From a virus (taxonomy: Duplodnaviria > Caudoviricetes): a DNA stretch of 26,915 nucleotides. The translations under genes and the position numbers were made by a program. Shown here piece by piece: positions 15,337 through 22,890 of this stretch; the stretch's first letter is position 1, and each line of letters starts with the position of its first letter. The stretch spans positions 1 through 26,915 of the IMG/VR virus record IMGVR_UViG_3300010052_000134. The stretch is one strand, 5' to 3'. The notes under the pieces were generated by a model, which made no database searches, was not told where the DNA came from, and was given only the letters and a program-made list of their open reading frames with translations.

Positions 15337-15567
15337 CTAACGCTTAAGCTTCGCGGCGAGGCGTTGCATACGCACGGCGCGGGCTTCGAGTGCGGCGGCC
15401 AGCGCCAGGCGCCGCGCGCGCGGCATCTTGCGCTCCCCCGACGCGAAGGCTTGCGTGCGACGAACGGAGATGCCGAGGATCCGTGCAACCTCGGTCGCTC
15501 CGCCGGCAATCTCGATCGCCAGATACGGGATCATGTAATCGTCGAACTTCGTGCGCGCCTTCTTCAT
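15337..15567 (-). CDS. Small Cro/XRE-like HTH protein, 76 aa
   Basis: AGGATEVARILGISVRRTQAFASGERKMP; ATGA overlap with the upstream gene. Confidence 0.72.
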   Translation of the reverse strand: MKKARTKFDDYMIPYLAIEIAGGATEVARILGISVRRTQAFASGERKMPRARRLALAAALEARAVRMQRLAAKLKR

Positions 15568-15944
15568 TCGCCGGCGAGCTTCAGGCTTAGCTGCTCGTGC
15601 GCCTCGGGCGGCGCGTCCCAACGCTGCAACGTGCGCAGCGAGACGCGCGCGCGACGGCAAATCTCGGCGCGCGGCACGCCTTGCGCCTTCAACCATTGCA
15701 CGAGGTGGTAATCGCCGAGCGGAACATAGATCCGCACACCGACGCCCATCTTCTCGACGATCGCCGTGGCGGCTTCGGCGCCGACGATCTCGCGCAGCAC
15801 GGCGCTATCGCGCGCGATCTCCAATCGGTTGCCGCCGCGCGCCTCGGCGATCTTCATGGCGGCGTCGATGCCGGCGGCATCCGCGATCTGCGAGAGCGCC
15901 CAAGGCAAGGGCCGGCCGTAGGGATGTTGGCGCGGCTGGGTCAT
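15564..15944 (-). CDS. Mor/C-like transcription activator, 126 aa
   Basis: LP..LSQIADAAGIDAAMKIAEARGGNRLEI, IVGAEAATAIVE..G..IYVP, C-terminal HTH (GVPRAEICRRARVSLRTLQRW); follows gemA as in Mu. Confidence 0.8.
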   Translation of the reverse strand: MTQPRQHPYGRPLPWALSQIADAAGIDAAMKIAEARGGNRLEIARDSAVLREIVGAEAATAIVEKMGVGVRIYVPLGDYHLVQWLKAQGVPRAEICRRARVSLRTLQRWDAPPEAHEQLSLKLAGE

Positions 15945-16624
15945 TTCGCGGCCGGCGCCCACTTCAATTCGTAGGCCAGCCATTTGCGCGCGCGATCGAG
16001 GCAGCGTTCGACGCCTTCGCCGTCGAGCGTCGCGAAGCTGCATTGATGCTCGGTCGTTTGCATGATCCAGTTGTCGAAGTGCCATTTGTCGTGCTGATAC
16101 GAGGGCTCCTTTACGCGCTTGGTCTTTAGCCAGATCGTCTTCAGCAATTCCTTTTCGTAGTCGAGCTTCGACGCGTCGGCCGGGATTTCTTGAACGAGAT
16201 AGCCTTCGCGCAAGCACCAGTCCTTCAGCGCCTCGATCACGGCGTGCGTCTGTTGCGGCTTCAGCCAAGCCAGCGAGTCCACCTTCGCGATGCGCTTCAC
16301 AAAGCTTTCGAGCGCGTCTTCGCTCGGGTCGCGCACGGCGTTGAGATGCCACAGCGATAGCCACAGCGCGCGGATCTTCCTGGCGGTCGGCGTATCGACC
16401 AGCGGCCGGTTGCCGGCGCGGCGGGGCTTCGCACCCTTCGGCTTGAAGCCGAGGCGCCGGAATTCCTCCAGCACCTTGGCGCGCTCGGCCGCGTCGAGAT
16501 CGGCGGCGGAACGCTTGCCGGTGATGCGCTGGAGAAGATCGCGATAGGAATCGTCCGTTAGCGCCAGATCGCGCTGGCCGGTCTTGATCGCGCGGATATC
16601 GCGATTGCGGTTCGCGTCGGTCAT
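15941..16624 (-). CDS. gemA: GemA / Mu gp16 (DUF1018) protein
   Basis: LALTDDSYRDLLQRITGKRSAADL, RRLGFKP, RKIRALWLSL...VRDPSEDALESFVKR, VIEALKDW. Confidence 0.92.
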   Translation of the reverse strand: MTDANRNRDIRAIKTGQRDLALTDDSYRDLLQRITGKRSAADLDAAERAKVLEEFRRLGFKPKGAKPRRAGNRPLVDTPTARKIRALWLSLWHLNAVRDPSEDALESFVKRIAKVDSLAWLKPQQTHAVIEALKDWCLREGYLVQEIPADASKLDYEKELLKTIWLKTKRVKEPSYQHDKWHFDNWIMQTTEHQCSFATLDGEGVERCLDRARKWLAYELKWAPAAK

Positions 16625-16830
16625 GCGAGGTTTCCCTTTTTCCAATACGGAAGCTCCGGCTCGGGATCGGCGGACTTCCCGCCGGAATTCAGTTCGGCGA
16701 GCTCGGCCGCGAGCTGCGCCGCGACGGCATGGCGAAGCGCGGCTTCGCGTGCGGCGCGCGATCCGCGCGGGGCAGCGATCCATTTCTCCCTGGCGGCGAT
16801 CGCCGCCTTGCGCGCTTCATCCGCGTTCAT
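16621..16830 (-). CDS. Hypothetical protein, 69 aa
   Basis: MNADEARKAA...ELPYWKKGNLA; GAGGA RBS; ATGA overlaps on both sides. Confidence 0.7.
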   Translation of the reverse strand: MNADEARKAAIAAREKWIAAPRGSRAAREAALRHAVAAQLAAELAELNSGGKSADPEPELPYWKKGNLA

Positions 16831-17222
16831 CGCTTCCTCGCGATCCCGAGTTTGGCATCGGCCTTGCGGGCGAGATCGAGAAGCCGCCGCGCGATCGGCC
16901 CGACGCCGTTGGGCCGGTGCGCGTCGCGTACGCAGTTGAGATCGACGAGCATCACCAGATCGGCGAGGGTCGGCAGCGACGCCGCCTTGCGCGCATTGCA
17001 GGGCGCGCAGGCCAGAACCTTGTTGAAGCGGTTGTTGTCGCCGCCGGCCGCCACGGGAACGAAGTGATCGCAGCTCGCGGCGCGCACCTTGCGCTGGGCC
17101 TCGGCCGCCGCCGTGACGCGCACATTGCCGGGGCTGCGCAGATCGAGCTCGGCCGGGCAGTAGAAGCACAAGCCGCGCTGACGGCGGAGTTGCGTTTGGC
17201 GCCAGCGTTGATGGTCGTTCAT
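16827..17222 (-). CDS. HNH endonuclease-domain protein
   Basis: CFYC...SCDHFVPVAAGGDNNRFNKVLACAPCNARKA. Confidence 0.9.
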   Translation of the reverse strand: MNDHQRWRQTQLRRQRGLCFYCPAELDLRSPGNVRVTAAAEAQRKVRAASCDHFVPVAAGGDNNRFNKVLACAPCNARKAASLPTLADLVMLVDLNCVRDAHRPNGVGPIARRLLDLARKADAKLGIARKR

Positions 17223-17443
17223 TGCACCGGCCGCCGGTGATAGTCGAGACGCTTGCGCGAGCGCAGCGGCACGGCTTTGGTGAAGGCGTCCTTTGCACGC
17301 ACGAGTGCATTGGCGATGCGCGTGTCTTCGCGATCGATGACGTGCATGTCCGTGAGCCGGTTGTCGATCAGGTCCTGCACGGCCTCGGCCGCGTCGCGAT
17401 CGAGCCCAACGGTGAAGCGCGTTTTCGGGGCGGGCGGTTTCAT
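17219..17443 (-). CDS. Hypothetical protein, 74 aa
   Basis: ATGA-coupled on both sides; GAGG RBS. Confidence 0.7.
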   Translation of the reverse strand: MKPPAPKTRFTVGLDRDAAEAVQDLIDNRLTDMHVIDREDTRIANALVRAKDAFTKAVPLRSRKRLDYHRRPVQ

Positions 17444-17643
17444 CGCGACGCCTCGCTGATCTCGACTGGAAGACGCTTGTGCGCGATCTGGCGGGCTAGC
17501 TCATGGGCATCGTGAAACGCCATTGCATCGGCGACCGTTCGCCGCTTTCGATCGCGGATCGCGTCGCGTGCCGGCCAGACGAAGGTTTTCACCAGGAACG
17601 CCACGGCCGCTTGTTCGGGCGAACCCTCGTATCCGTTCGTCAT
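17440..17643 (-). CDS. Hypothetical protein, 67 aa
   Basis: ATGA-coupled on both sides. Confidence 0.68.
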   Translation of the reverse strand: MTNGYEGSPEQAAVAFLVKTFVWPARDAIRDRKRRTVADAMAFHDAHELARQIAHKRLPVEISEASR

Positions 17644-17846
17644 CGGCGGCCGCCTTGGCGATTGGCGCGCGCCATCTGCCGTTCCTTGGCCTCGGCCACC
17701 AGCGCGGCCGCGAGATCGAGCGACGAGATCCCGAAATAGTCGATCGCCTCGGCATGCGTGCGGCCGTCATCGAGCACGGCGCACGCGGCCTCGCGGGCGT
17801 AGATGGCGCGATCGTCGGGTGCAGCCGAGGCGTCCGCCATCGTCAC
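17640..17846 (-). CDS. Hypothetical protein, 68 aa (possible HTH)
   Basis: GGGAGGG RBS; GRTHAEAIDYFGISS is HTH-like; coupled on both sides. Confidence 0.65.
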   Translation of the reverse strand: MTMADASAAPDDRAIYAREAACAVLDDGRTHAEAIDYFGISSLDLAAALVAEAKERQMARANRQGGRR

Positions 17847-18205
17847 GCCCTCCCAGGTTCGTGGATGTGCGAGCGCCAGGGCAACGGCGCGTCACCCGGC
17901 AGCGCGGCGAGGCGTAAGCGCGCATACTGGGCTGCGCCGAGCAGAACCTCTTCGGGCGTCGGTACGAGAGCGTTCTCGTCGCCGAGCTGATCGGCCATCG
18001 CGCGTGAGCCTTCGCTGAAGAATTTCGCGCCGACAATCATGAGATGGGCGAGCGCCGCGATCAGCACGTCGGCGCGGTGCCTGCCGCCGCCCGTGTTACC
18101 GCACACGTCGTACATCGCCATGGAAAGCGCTGTGACCTTATCGGCCTCTGCCGCCAACAGAACTTGATGGATGGTCGATATGGCTTGCGGGTTCGGCTGT
18201 TCCAT
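17843..18205 (-). CDS. Hypothetical protein, 120 aa
   Basis: GGAGGG RBS; tiles between neighbours; protein-like composition. Confidence 0.72.
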   Translation of the reverse strand: MEQPNPQAISTIHQVLLAAEADKVTALSMAMYDVCGNTGGGRHRADVLIAALAHLMIVGAKFFSEGSRAMADQLGDENALVPTPEEVLLGAAQYARLRLAALPGDAPLPWRSHIHEPGRA

Positions 18206-18208
18206 CGA

Positions 18209-18628
18209 TCAGCCCTCCGCCGGTGCGCGGCGATTGTCGATCGCCTCGCCGGCGCTGGCGCCGGTATGGCCGGGATCGCGCAGTCGGCCATGCGATGCGA
18301 GCGCCTCGTAGAGCGGCAGCTTGTTGGGTGCGATCAGCTCGATCTTCGCCGGCCAGGTGCAAGGCTCGGTGCGATAGGCGCGGCTGCCGACCGCTTTTGC
18401 CGTCGTGTCGATATGCGCGGGATTGCCGAGCGTCGGCGGGCAAGCGCTCTTGTGCTTCGCGCCTTCGCCGTCGATCCAGACGTAGACGAAGATGTCGGGC
18501 CAGCCGTGCCGGCCGTCAGGAATCGAGTGGCGGTGCCGCTCGGCCTCGGCGAGATCGTGACGCACGTCGCGCAGCATGTTGTGCGGGGGCGGCGGCTTGA
18601 TGCCGGCGCGGGGTTGCGTGTCCATCAC
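18209..18628 (-). CDS. Hypothetical protein, about 139 aa
   Basis: Overlaps the upstream stop; AAGGGA RBS; tiles the operon. Confidence 0.65.
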   Translation of the reverse strand: MMDTQPRAGIKPPPPHNMLRDVRHDLAEAERHRHSIPDGRHGWPDIFVYVWIDGEGAKHKSACPPTLGNPAHIDTTAKAVGSRAYRTEPCTWPAKIELIAPNKLPLYEALASHGRLRDPGHTGASAGEAIDNRRAPAEG

Positions 18629-19161
18629 TTCGTTCCCTTCCTGTGGTTCTCAACGTCCTTGAGCGCCGCGCGCACGCGCGCGTCCGCCGGCGTCGGGCCG
18701 GGATGCGGGCGCGCGATCGAGCCGCTCATCAGCGAGCCGGATTGCGGCACGGGCGTGCGGGCGGGCGTCGCGGTTGGCGGTACGACAGCGTCGAAGCGCG
18801 GGATGCGCAGCACGACGTGGTTCTCCGAAATCTCCACGATCTCGACCGGCCGGCGGCTGCACGACCTGCGCGGGATGCCGACGCCGTCGGGGAACGCCGC
18901 CATCAGACGGATGCCGTTCGTCGCTTCGCCATCCGGTTGCAGCTTGTAGCCGGCCGGCGCGCGCTCGACGCGCAGCATGCCGGCATGTTCGGCCGTGCCG
19001 AAGCGCAGCGACACCAGCGCGCCCTTCACGAAGGTCTTCGGCCGGGTGTCGCCGAACGCGATGTACAGCTTCTTGCCGTGCGGCCCGTCGCGGCTAACGC
19101 TCACGACACCGATCCGGGTGTCGGCGCTGCGGCTCCGCGATTTGAACTCGAACCACGCCAT
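18625..19161 (-). CDS. Hypothetical protein, 178 aa
   Basis: Start MAWFEFKSRS immediately after the gam stop; AAGGGA RBS; beta-rich N-terminal part and Pro-rich tail. Confidence 0.72.
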   Translation of the reverse strand: MAWFEFKSRSRSADTRIGVVSVSRDGPHGKKLYIAFGDTRPKTFVKGALVSLRFGTAEHAGMLRVERAPAGYKLQPDGEATNGIRLMAAFPDGVGIPRRSCSRRPVEIVEISENHVVLRIPRFDAVVPPTATPARTPVPQSGSLMSGSIARPHPGPTPADARVRAALKDVENHRKGTK

Positions 19162-19162
19162 G

Positions 19163-19765
19163 TCACTTTCCCTTCGCTTTGGATTTCTTGGGCGTGGCGT
19201 CGGGTGCCACCGTGGCGGCGGCACCCTTCAGCTTGCGCGCCTTGCCCGAGATGTCGTCGGTCACTTCGAGCGGACGGACGAAGAACCGCTCGACCTGCTC
19301 GATCTCGATGCCGTTGATCGCCTCGACTTCCTCGGGCGCGGCGAGCATCGATTGCTTGTCGATCGTCTCGGTCGTGCGGATATGGTGGTCGAGCTTGAAG
19401 CGCCGCAGCCGTGCGATCAGTTCGGGTTCGTCGTCGGCGTCGAACTTCAAAGACGGGTTGCCGTAGCGCCAGCCGAAGACGCCCGACATGAACGTGACCG
19501 AGCGTTTGCCGTCCTTCAGCAGTTCGTCCTTGTTGGCCTCTGCATAGGCTTGCAGCGAGTCCACGTTGGCCTGGAGCGCTTCGGCCGCGTCGGCGATCTG
19601 CTTGACGAATTTCTCGGTCGCGACGGCGACCGCCTCGTCGCGTTTCAGGATCAGGGTATCGAGCGCGCGTTTGTGCTGGCCGATGATGTGGAGGACGTTG
19701 TCGGCTTGCGTCGCGTTCTGCGGCACCGGCAAAGCGGGCACCGTCAGGGATTTCTTCTTGGCCAT
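19163..19765 (-). CDS. gam: Mu Gam-like host-nuclease inhibitor, 200 aa
   Basis: LQAYAEANKDELLKDGKRSVTFMSGVFGWR.GNPSL, IRTTETIDKQSML, GIEIEQVERFFVRP; AAGGAG RBS. Confidence 0.93.
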   Translation of the reverse strand: MAKKKSLTVPALPVPQNATQADNVLHIIGQHKRALDTLILKRDEAVAVATEKFVKQIADAAEALQANVDSLQAYAEANKDELLKDGKRSVTFMSGVFGWRYGNPSLKFDADDEPELIARLRRFKLDHHIRTTETIDKQSMLAAPEEVEAINGIEIEQVERFFVRPLEVTDDISGKARKLKGAAATVAPDATPKKSKAKGK

Positions 19766-19923
19766 CACAGCGCTCCTTTGCGCAGATAGACGTTCGACGT
19801 GTTGAGGGCGATGTGCATGGCGAAGCGCTTGGCCTCGCGTTCGCGCACCGCGCGTTCGGCGCGCGCTTGGGCACGCGCTGCTCGCCAGTTGGCGAGAAGG
19901 TTCGTGAACCAACGCATGGTCAT
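19765..19923 (-). CDS. Hypothetical protein, 52 aa
   Basis: MTMRWFTNLL...LRKGAL; AAGGGAG RBS; coupled on both sides. Confidence 0.6.
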   Translation of the reverse strand: MTMRWFTNLLANWRAARAQARAERAVREREAKRFAMHIALNTSNVYLRKGAL

Positions 19924-20189
19924 GCTCCCTTCGGTTTGGCTTTGTGTTCGGGCGGCAGATGGGTGTGGACGGCGCGGCGGGCGAAGGCGATCGCATCGGC
20001 ATCGCCGCCGAGAACGCCGACGAGCAGCTCGCGCCAGGCGTAGACGCCCTGGGCGGCGGCCTTCAGTTGAAGGTTCTCGGGGAAGTGCATCGGCCCGCCG
20101 GCGAGCGCGCGGCGCGCGATGCGCGTACCCACGCTCAAACGCTCCTCGAGCGTGGCGGCTTCCTTGGCGGTCGGATCGATATCGGTCAT
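19920..20189 (-). CDS. Hypothetical protein, 89 aa
   Basis: GGGAG RBS; ATGA overlaps. Confidence 0.7.
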   Translation of the reverse strand: MTDIDPTAKEAATLEERLSVGTRIARRALAGGPMHFPENLQLKAAAQGVYAWRELLVGVLGGDADAIAFARRAVHTHLPPEHKAKPKGA

Positions 20190-20857
20190 CGGGCGCTCCC
20201 ATGCTTCGTTGCGTGATGGGCGCGCAGCTTGGCGGCCGTCGCCTGATGCGCGGTTCGCAGATGGCCAAGGGCCCGCAGATCGGTCGGAACGCGCATGGAG
20301 ATGGCGGTCAGCAGCGGGCCCGTGTGGCGAAGGTTCGGGCGCGGCGCCGGCGGCGTCTTCATCAGGCGCACGTCGTTCGGGTGCATTCGGTCGATCGGTC
20401 GGGGCGCAATCGAGCGCAGCCGTTGCAGAAAGGCTTCAGGTTCGTTAAGCGCACCGGCCGTGATTTGGGCGCGGACTTCTTCGGCGACCCTGGTGGCATA
20501 GAGATCGATGGCTTGAAGGGCGTGGTCGAGTTCGGCCGCCGGCAAGGGCGGCAACGCCGCCTTGGCCGCGTCGAGCAATTCGCGATACTCGCGATCGATC
20601 TTCGAATCGCGACGACGCCGTTCGGCAACGGCCTTCACGGCGTGCATCACCGTCGTGTGGTCGCGCATGAAGGCGAGGCCGATCGCCGGCAAGCTCTGCT
20701 CCGGCAGGAGTTCGCGGCAAATCGTCATGGCGATCTGGCGCGGATGGGCGAGGATACGCGAGCGGCGCGGGCCAACGAGCAAAGCCGGGTCCAGACTGAA
20801 CGCGCGGGCGACGAGGTTCTTGATCGTCGCGATCCTGCCGAGCGGGGCTTCAGTCAC
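20186..20857 (-). CDS. Protein with DnaA C-terminal (domain IV) DNA-binding domain plus unknown C-terminal half
   Basis: IKNLVARAFSL...GPRRSRILAHPRQIAMTICREL...SLPAIGLAFMRDHTTVMHAVKAV closely follows the DnaA domain IV signature; no AAA+ domain. Confidence 0.88.
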   Translation of the reverse strand: MTEAPLGRIATIKNLVARAFSLDPALLVGPRRSRILAHPRQIAMTICRELLPEQSLPAIGLAFMRDHTTVMHAVKAVAERRRRDSKIDREYRELLDAAKAALPPLPAAELDHALQAIDLYATRVAEEVRAQITAGALNEPEAFLQRLRSIAPRPIDRMHPNDVRLMKTPPAPRPNLRHTGPLLTAISMRVPTDLRALGHLRTAHQATAAKLRAHHATKHGSAR

Positions 20858-21111
20858 GACGCACCGCCCTGTCGGCCGAGGCGCACCTCGCCGGCGTGCG
20901 TTAGAGCGCGGCCGAATGCGCAGACCCGATCGCGGGGCACAAGGCGGTCTTCGAGATCGCGAAGCAGCATCCGCACTTCGTGCACTTCGCTGATCGTCGT
21001 ATCGAGTTGGTTCTCGGTGAGCGGGCGGCCCGTGCGCATCTGGCGCAGCCGCTTCAACACCGCATCGAGACGGTCGCTCGGCATCACCGTCGGCGTCATC
21101 TGGTCGGGCAT
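20854..21111 (-). CDS. Hypothetical protein, 85 aa
   Basis: MPDQMTPT...; AAGGAG RBS; TGATG overlap. Confidence 0.7.
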   Translation of the reverse strand: MPDQMTPTVMPSDRLDAVLKRLRQMRTGRPLTENQLDTTISEVHEVRMLLRDLEDRLVPRDRVCAFGRALTHAGEVRLGRQGGAS

Positions 21112-21497
21112 CAGGCGCGCTCCTTCAGGTTCGACGCGTGCGCGAACTTGCAATTCGTGCAGGCGTTCCAGTGTTTGATGGCGTCGGGGTTGGCGCGCGG
21201 CATCGGCCGCGTCTGCCATGTGCGGCAGACCGATCCTTCGATCGTCGCGTCGAGATAGGGGCAGCGGTGCTTGCCGAGACCGAAGACCTCGAACACCTTG
21301 GCTTCGAGCTTGTGCGTGCTGCCGCAGTACTTGCCCGTTAGCGCGAGCGTGACGGCGACCCGCGAATAGCCGATCGTTTTGGCGACGGCGGTGATGCCGC
21401 CGCGCTTGCCGTTGCGCTTCGCCGTCTCGTCGGCGACGGCGCGCGACAGCAGCACAAGCCAATCCTCCGACGGCGGCGGGACGGTCGCGTCGGTCAT
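21111..21497 (-). CDS. HTH plus Cys-rich protein, 128 aa
   Basis: GITAVAKTIGYSRVAVTLALTGKY HTH; CPYL...C...HWNACTNC; AAGGA RBS. Confidence 0.8.
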   Translation of the reverse strand: MTDATVPPPSEDWLVLLSRAVADETAKRNGKRGGITAVAKTIGYSRVAVTLALTGKYCGSTHKLEAKVFEVFGLGKHRCPYLDATIEGSVCRTWQTRPMPRANPDAIKHWNACTNCKFAHASNLKERA

Positions 21498-22114
21498 TGC
21501 GCGGGTTCCTTCAGGAAGGCTTGCGCGTTCGGGTCCCACAGCAGACGGCCGCCTTGCACCTCGCGCGGGGCGTGGAAGCCGATGTCGCGGATAAGGAACC
21601 ATGTCGGGATCGAGCCGCCGCGCGAGCCGCGCTTGACGACTAGGCCGAAGCGCACCCAGCGCCGCAAGCTGCGCGTGGCGACGGATTGACCATTCTCGTC
21701 ATCGCGCGCGGCGAGTTCGAGCAGCTGCGCCGTGGTGGCCTTGCGCAGTTTGCGCAAGGCTTCCCACACGCGGACGGCTAAAGTGCGCTCCTTGCGTAAG
21801 CGCGGCGCATTGACCTTCGCGCCCCGTTGTGGCGATGCGCATTTATCGCGATGCGTCTCGGCCCGCCGGCGCGGCGTCGTGCCGATCTCGGCGCCTTTGG
21901 CACGCAGTTGCACGGCGCGGCGTGTCAGCGCGTAAACTCCCGGCTTCGCCGAGTAGACGTAACCGCGCTCGATCAGCCGGAGAAGCCGCCGGCGCAACGC
22001 CTCGCGATCGCCGCCGATCTTGGCGATGACATCGTCGATCCGCGCGTGCCGGCGCCCGCATTCGAGTGCGGGCGGCGGCAGCGCGTCGAGGACTTGTTGA
22101 AGCGTCGCGGGCAT
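21494..22114 (-). CDS. Probable tandem winged-helix DNA-binding protein
   Basis: LLRLIERGYV...PGVYALT and RVWEALRKLRKATTAQLLELA...LRRWVRFGLV...DIGFHAP...LWDPN; directly after the ATPase gene. Confidence 0.75.
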   Translation of the reverse strand: MPATLQQVLDALPPPALECGRRHARIDDVIAKIGGDREALRRRLLRLIERGYVYSAKPGVYALTRRAVQLRAKGAEIGTTPRRRAETHRDKCASPQRGAKVNAPRLRKERTLAVRVWEALRKLRKATTAQLLELAARDDENGQSVATRSLRRWVRFGLVVKRGSRGGSIPTWFLIRDIGFHAPREVQGGRLLWDPNAQAFLKEPAQ

Positions 22115-22872
22115 CAGGCTTCCTCCGCCGGCGCCGTCACGGCCTGCTCGCGCGCCTTGGCGCTGTCGGCCTTCACCAGTTCGCGCTTCGCGAGATCGAC
22201 CGCGCGCACGAGCTTGACGCTGGCGCGGCTGGCATAGCGCTTGATTTCATCGACCGCGCCGAGCGCCAGACGGATGCGCCCCTCGCTTTCGCGAATCAGA
22301 CGCTCGATCAGATCGGCGTCGGCTTTGACGCCGGCGCGTTCTTCGACCAGCTTCGCCATGTCGGCCGCGTCGAGCGGCTTGAAGGTGACCTTCGCGGAGA
22401 CGCGCGACCAGACGGCCGGGTGACGCTTCAGGCGCTGGTCGATGTATTCGCGCCCCATGAAGACGCACGGGATTTCAACCGTATCGACCACGCCCCGGAT
22501 GCTGTCGATCACCTTGCCGTTGGAAAGCGCGTGTTCGACTTCGTCGAAGATCACGGCGCGCGGCTTCTTGGCGAGCAGTTCGACCAGCTGATTGTGAAGC
22601 GCCTCGCAGCTATGCGCCGGCTTCTCGCCGAGCTCGGTCACCCAATCGGACAGCACCCAGTGCGGCGTGGCGGCCGCCTGGATGCGCACGAAGGGGATGT
22701 TGTTGGCGATGGCGTAGGCGATACCCGCATGGGTCTTGCCGTAACCGGGATGCCCCTTGATGACGACGAACGCCGCCTCGGGCGCGGTCCGATTTTCGAT
22801 CGCCTTGACGCCTTCGCGGAAGAAGCGGAGGTTTGCGGTCTCGACGGTTTTGGTGTAACGTCCTGCTGTCAC
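22114..22872 (-). CDS. Transposition AAA+ ATPase (MuB-like)
   Basis: Walker A GHPGYGKT, Walker B VIFDEVEH, IRGVVD, WSRV; AAGGAG RBS with GTG start; follows the transposase. Confidence 0.92.
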   Translation of the reverse strand: MTAGRYTKTVETANLRFFREGVKAIENRTAPEAAFVVIKGHPGYGKTHAGIAYAIANNIPFVRIQAAATPHWVLSDWVTELGEKPAHSCEALHNQLVELLAKKPRAVIFDEVEHALSNGKVIDSIRGVVDTVEIPCVFMGREYIDQRLKRHPAVWSRVSAKVTFKPLDAADMAKLVEERAGVKADADLIERLIRESEGRIRLALGAVDEIKRYASRASVKLVRAVDLAKRELVKADSAKAREQAVTAPAEEA

Positions 22873-22890
22873 AGTTCAGTCTCCTTCGAC

